Part shown: one piece after another, positions 16,342-18,213 of the stretch
Layout of the letters: the number at the start of each line of letters is the position of its first letter
How positions within the stretch are numbered: the stretch's first letter is position 1
Source: Candidatus Eiseniibacteriota bacterium
GTDB lineage: Bacteria > Eisenbacteria > RBG-16-71-46
Direction of reading: 5' to 3'
DNA length: 18,213 bases
Assembly (NCBI GenBank): GCA_031364845.1
Contig: JANLWX010000017.1
Location: 1-18,213 of the forward strand
Position numbers and translations under genes: made by a program
Notes under the pieces: generated by a model
Seen by the model: the letters and a program-made list of their open reading frames with translations, nothing else
Told to the model about the DNA's origin: nothing
Database searches by the model: none

Positions 16342-17280
16342 ATGCCCCGTCAGCGCAAGCCTCCCGTCACCACCGATCATCCGGGCCGCGTTCCCAACTT
16401 CGTGCGCGAGAAGGCCGCCCTCGAAGGCACCGGCCCGCGCCGCGTGCGCGAGATCCTCGAAGCGCGCGGCCTGTCGCCGCGGCGGCGTTTCGGTCAGAAC
16501 TTTCTGATTCGCGAGGAACTCGCCGAGCGCATCGTCGATCACGCGCGCATCCGCGAAGACGACATCGTGGTCGAGATCGGTCCCGGAACCGGTGCGATCA
16601 CGCCGCACCTGGCGCAGCGCGCCCGGCATCTGATCGCGATCGAGAAGGATCACGGGCTCGCGGAATATCTCGCCGAGGAGTTCAACGACTTCCCGCGCGT
16701 CACGATCCGCGAGGGCGACTTCCTCGAAACCGACCTCGGCGCGATCGCCGCGGAATACGGCGCCGAGAAGCTGATGGTGGTCGGCAACATTCCCTACAAC
16801 ATCACGACCCCGGTGATCGAACGTATCTTCGAGCAGCGCAAGGTCGTGAAGACCGCCGTGTTGCTGGTGCAGAAGGAATACGCCGAGCGGCTCGCCGCCG
16901 CACCCGGCACGCCGGAGTACGGCTCGCTCACGCTGTTCGCGCGCTACCACGCGCTGCTCGAACCGCTGATGAACATCCGCGCCTCGGCGTTCTGGCCGCG
17001 GCCCGACGTCGACAGCATGCTGGTGCGGTTCTTCCTGCGCGACGAACCGCCGGTCGTGGTGCCGAGCGAGGAGCTGCTGTTCCGCATCATCCGTGGCTCG
17101 TTCCACATGCGCCGCAAGCAGCTCATGAACACGATCGAGGAAGCGCTCGGCATCGGCAAAGACAAGGTCGAGCGCCTCGCACGCCACGCCGGTATCGTTC
17201 CGACGCGCCGCGGCGAGACGCTCACGCTCGATGAATTCGCGCGCCTCGCGCGGGCGGCGGCGGACTACGTTGCGGAGTAG
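16342..17280 (+). CDS. rsmA: 16S rRNA (A1518/A1519) dimethyltransferase
   Basis: PRRRFGQNFL, VVEIGPGTGAIT, AIEKD, VGNIPYNIT, VQKEYAERL, YGSLT, FWPRPDVDS, RRKQL, RGETLT. ATG 16342 lies 6 nt after TACACT. Confidence 0.95.
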   Translation: MPRQRKPPVTTDHPGRVPNFVREKAALEGTGPRRVREILEARGLSPRRRFGQNFLIREELAERIVDHARIREDDIVVEIGPGTGAITPHLAQRARHLIAIEKDHGLAEYLAEEFNDFPRVTIREGDFLETDLGAIAAEYGAEKLMVVGNIPYNITTPVIERIFEQRKVVKTAVLLVQKEYAERLAAAPGTPEYGSLTLFARYHALLEPLMNIRASAFWPRPDVDSMLVRFFLRDEPPVVVPSEELLFRIIRGSFHMRRKQLMNTIEEALGIGKDKVERLARHAGIVPTRRGETLTLDEFARLARAAADYVAE

Positions 17281-17306
17281 CCGCGCGCAGTCCGCCGCAC
17301 CCTTTT
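17257..17306 (+). terminator. Probable intrinsic terminator overlapping the rsmA stop
   Basis: GCGGCGGACT (17257-17266) / AGTCCGCCGC (17289-17298) perfect 10 bp with an inner GCGG/CCGC stem, followed by ACCCTTTT. Lies between convergent genes. Confidence 0.5.
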
Positions 17307-17307
17307 C

Positions 17308-17739
17308 TTACTTGTTACCCATCTGCACGCGCTGAGACAGAAGCTCCTTACCGGTCGGCCACGTCGCGGTCTGCATGGCTTCCGCCGTCACGAAGATGTC
17401 GAAGGCGCGCAGCGGCGTGACCGCGTTGATCTCGCCCTCGAGATTGTCATTCAACTGCATGGCGCCGAGGCTGGTCGCGCTCGAGCCTGATTCCAGCGGG
17501 CGCACCCAGACCAGGTACACGGTCGCACCCGGATTCATCCGCGCGGGCGGGGCGAGATGCTTCACCATGAACTGGACGCTGGTGTTGCCGTTGTCGGTGG
17601 TGCCAAGTTTCACTTCTCCCTGCGCGGCGGGGCTTTCGACACCGCCGGCAACCTTCATGTCCGCTGTGCCCGCACATGAGCTTGCGCCGATGATCAGCGC
17701 CAGACCAACACACATGGAATATGTCCTCGAATAGTTCAT
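17308..17739 (-). CDS. Putative lipoprotein (143 aa), possibly RskA C-terminal-like domain
   Basis: GGAGGAG SD. Hydrophobic signal with lipobox-like ASSC (Cys22). KHLAPP..YLVWV..SLGAM..IFVTAE..PTG pattern. Confidence 0.75.
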   Translation of the reverse strand: MNYSRTYSMCVGLALIIGASSCAGTADMKVAGGVESPAAQGEVKLGTTDNGNTSVQFMVKHLAPPARMNPGATVYLVWVRPLESGSSATSLGAMQLNDNLEGEINAVTPLRAFDIFVTAEAMQTATWPTGKELLSQRVQMGNK

Positions 17740-18073
17740 CGACTGCTCCTCCGGGCCGAAGCCACTGACTGAATGAATATTTCCCACCCCGATCAGAACG
17801 TTGAATCGTGGCGGCTGCCTCGTCTTAAAGCGCACGAGATGCTCGATCCAATGCACGAACCAGTCCGGGGATTGCGGATGGGGCGTATTCGGCTGAAACA
17901 GAGCGGAAACAGCAGCAAATGGCATCGGGAATAATCTGCCGGAGCGCACGCGTGGGAGTTCCCGAGCGTGAATTCTCGTGTAACCGTGACTGGTCCTTTG
18001 AAAGGAACGCCTCACCCGCGCGGGCGTTCCGGGCGAGGCTCCGGGCGGCGCTCCCGGCCGGGGTTCGGCCGTA

Positions 18074-18213
18074 ATCGGGATAGGGGAGCGCGGGTTCGTC
18101 CCGCGCTTCCCCTCCCACACCACCGGACAAGCGGGTCCGCATCCGGCGGTTCGATGGTTCATCGACCGGCGAGGCGAGGTACACCGAGCCGGTCGAAGTA
18201 TGAAGTCGGCAGA
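18074..18213 (-). mobile_element. Group II intron, class IIC, 3' end (continues beyond the window)
   Basis: Minus strand reads GAACCGCCGGATGCGGACCCGCTTGTCCGGTGGTGT (short domain V, CGC triad, about 18152-18117), GGGAGGGG, domain VI hairpin AGCGCGGG..CCCGCGCT, and terminus CCCCTATCCCGAT ending at 18074. Confidence 0.92.
18159..18212 (-). CDS. C-terminal fragment of group II intron reverse transcriptase/maturase
   Basis: LPTSYFDRLGVPRLAGR-stop just before domain V matches the class C domain X ending (LxxxYFxxLGxPxL). No endonuclease domain follows. Absent from the ORF track. Confidence 0.85.
   Translation of the reverse strand: MPTSYFDRLGVPRLAGR

Noticed and set aside
17740..18162. N-terminal extension of the lipoprotein ORF in the track
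   Set aside because: It runs through intron domains V and VI. The SD and signal peptide place the start at 17739.
1..18213. CRISPR arrays, tRNA/rRNA genes, IS elements or integrases
   Set aside because: I saw no spaced repeats, cloverleaf motifs, rRNA-like sequence or transposase/integrase ORFs.

Overview
High-GC bacterial chromosome segment. The SWGxIKxLYR-tailed secreted protein is reminiscent of Ca. Eisenbacteria or related lineages, but that is my recollection only. The + strand carries a housekeeping backbone: SurA-like PPIase (5' truncated), ftsE-ftsX-envC, holB, ricT/PSP1, metG, tatD and rsmA. Accessory genes are interleaved: a secreted protein with a short C-terminal SWGRIKNLYR tail and a structured upstream region, a small PAS-like hypothetical, a RidA-family protein, a minus-strand ECF sigma/anti-sigma-like/ABC transporter operon, a SnoaL-like protein, a membrane-anchored HEAT-repeat protein and a small lipoprotein. 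The window ends inside a minus-strand class IIC group II intron (ORF C-terminus plus domains V and VI). The main leads are a putative C-terminal sorting signal, a candidate start-codon-sequestering RNA leader on the same gene, an FtsE with substitutions in three conserved ABC motifs, and a metG leader with a uORF in frame with metG across one amber stop.
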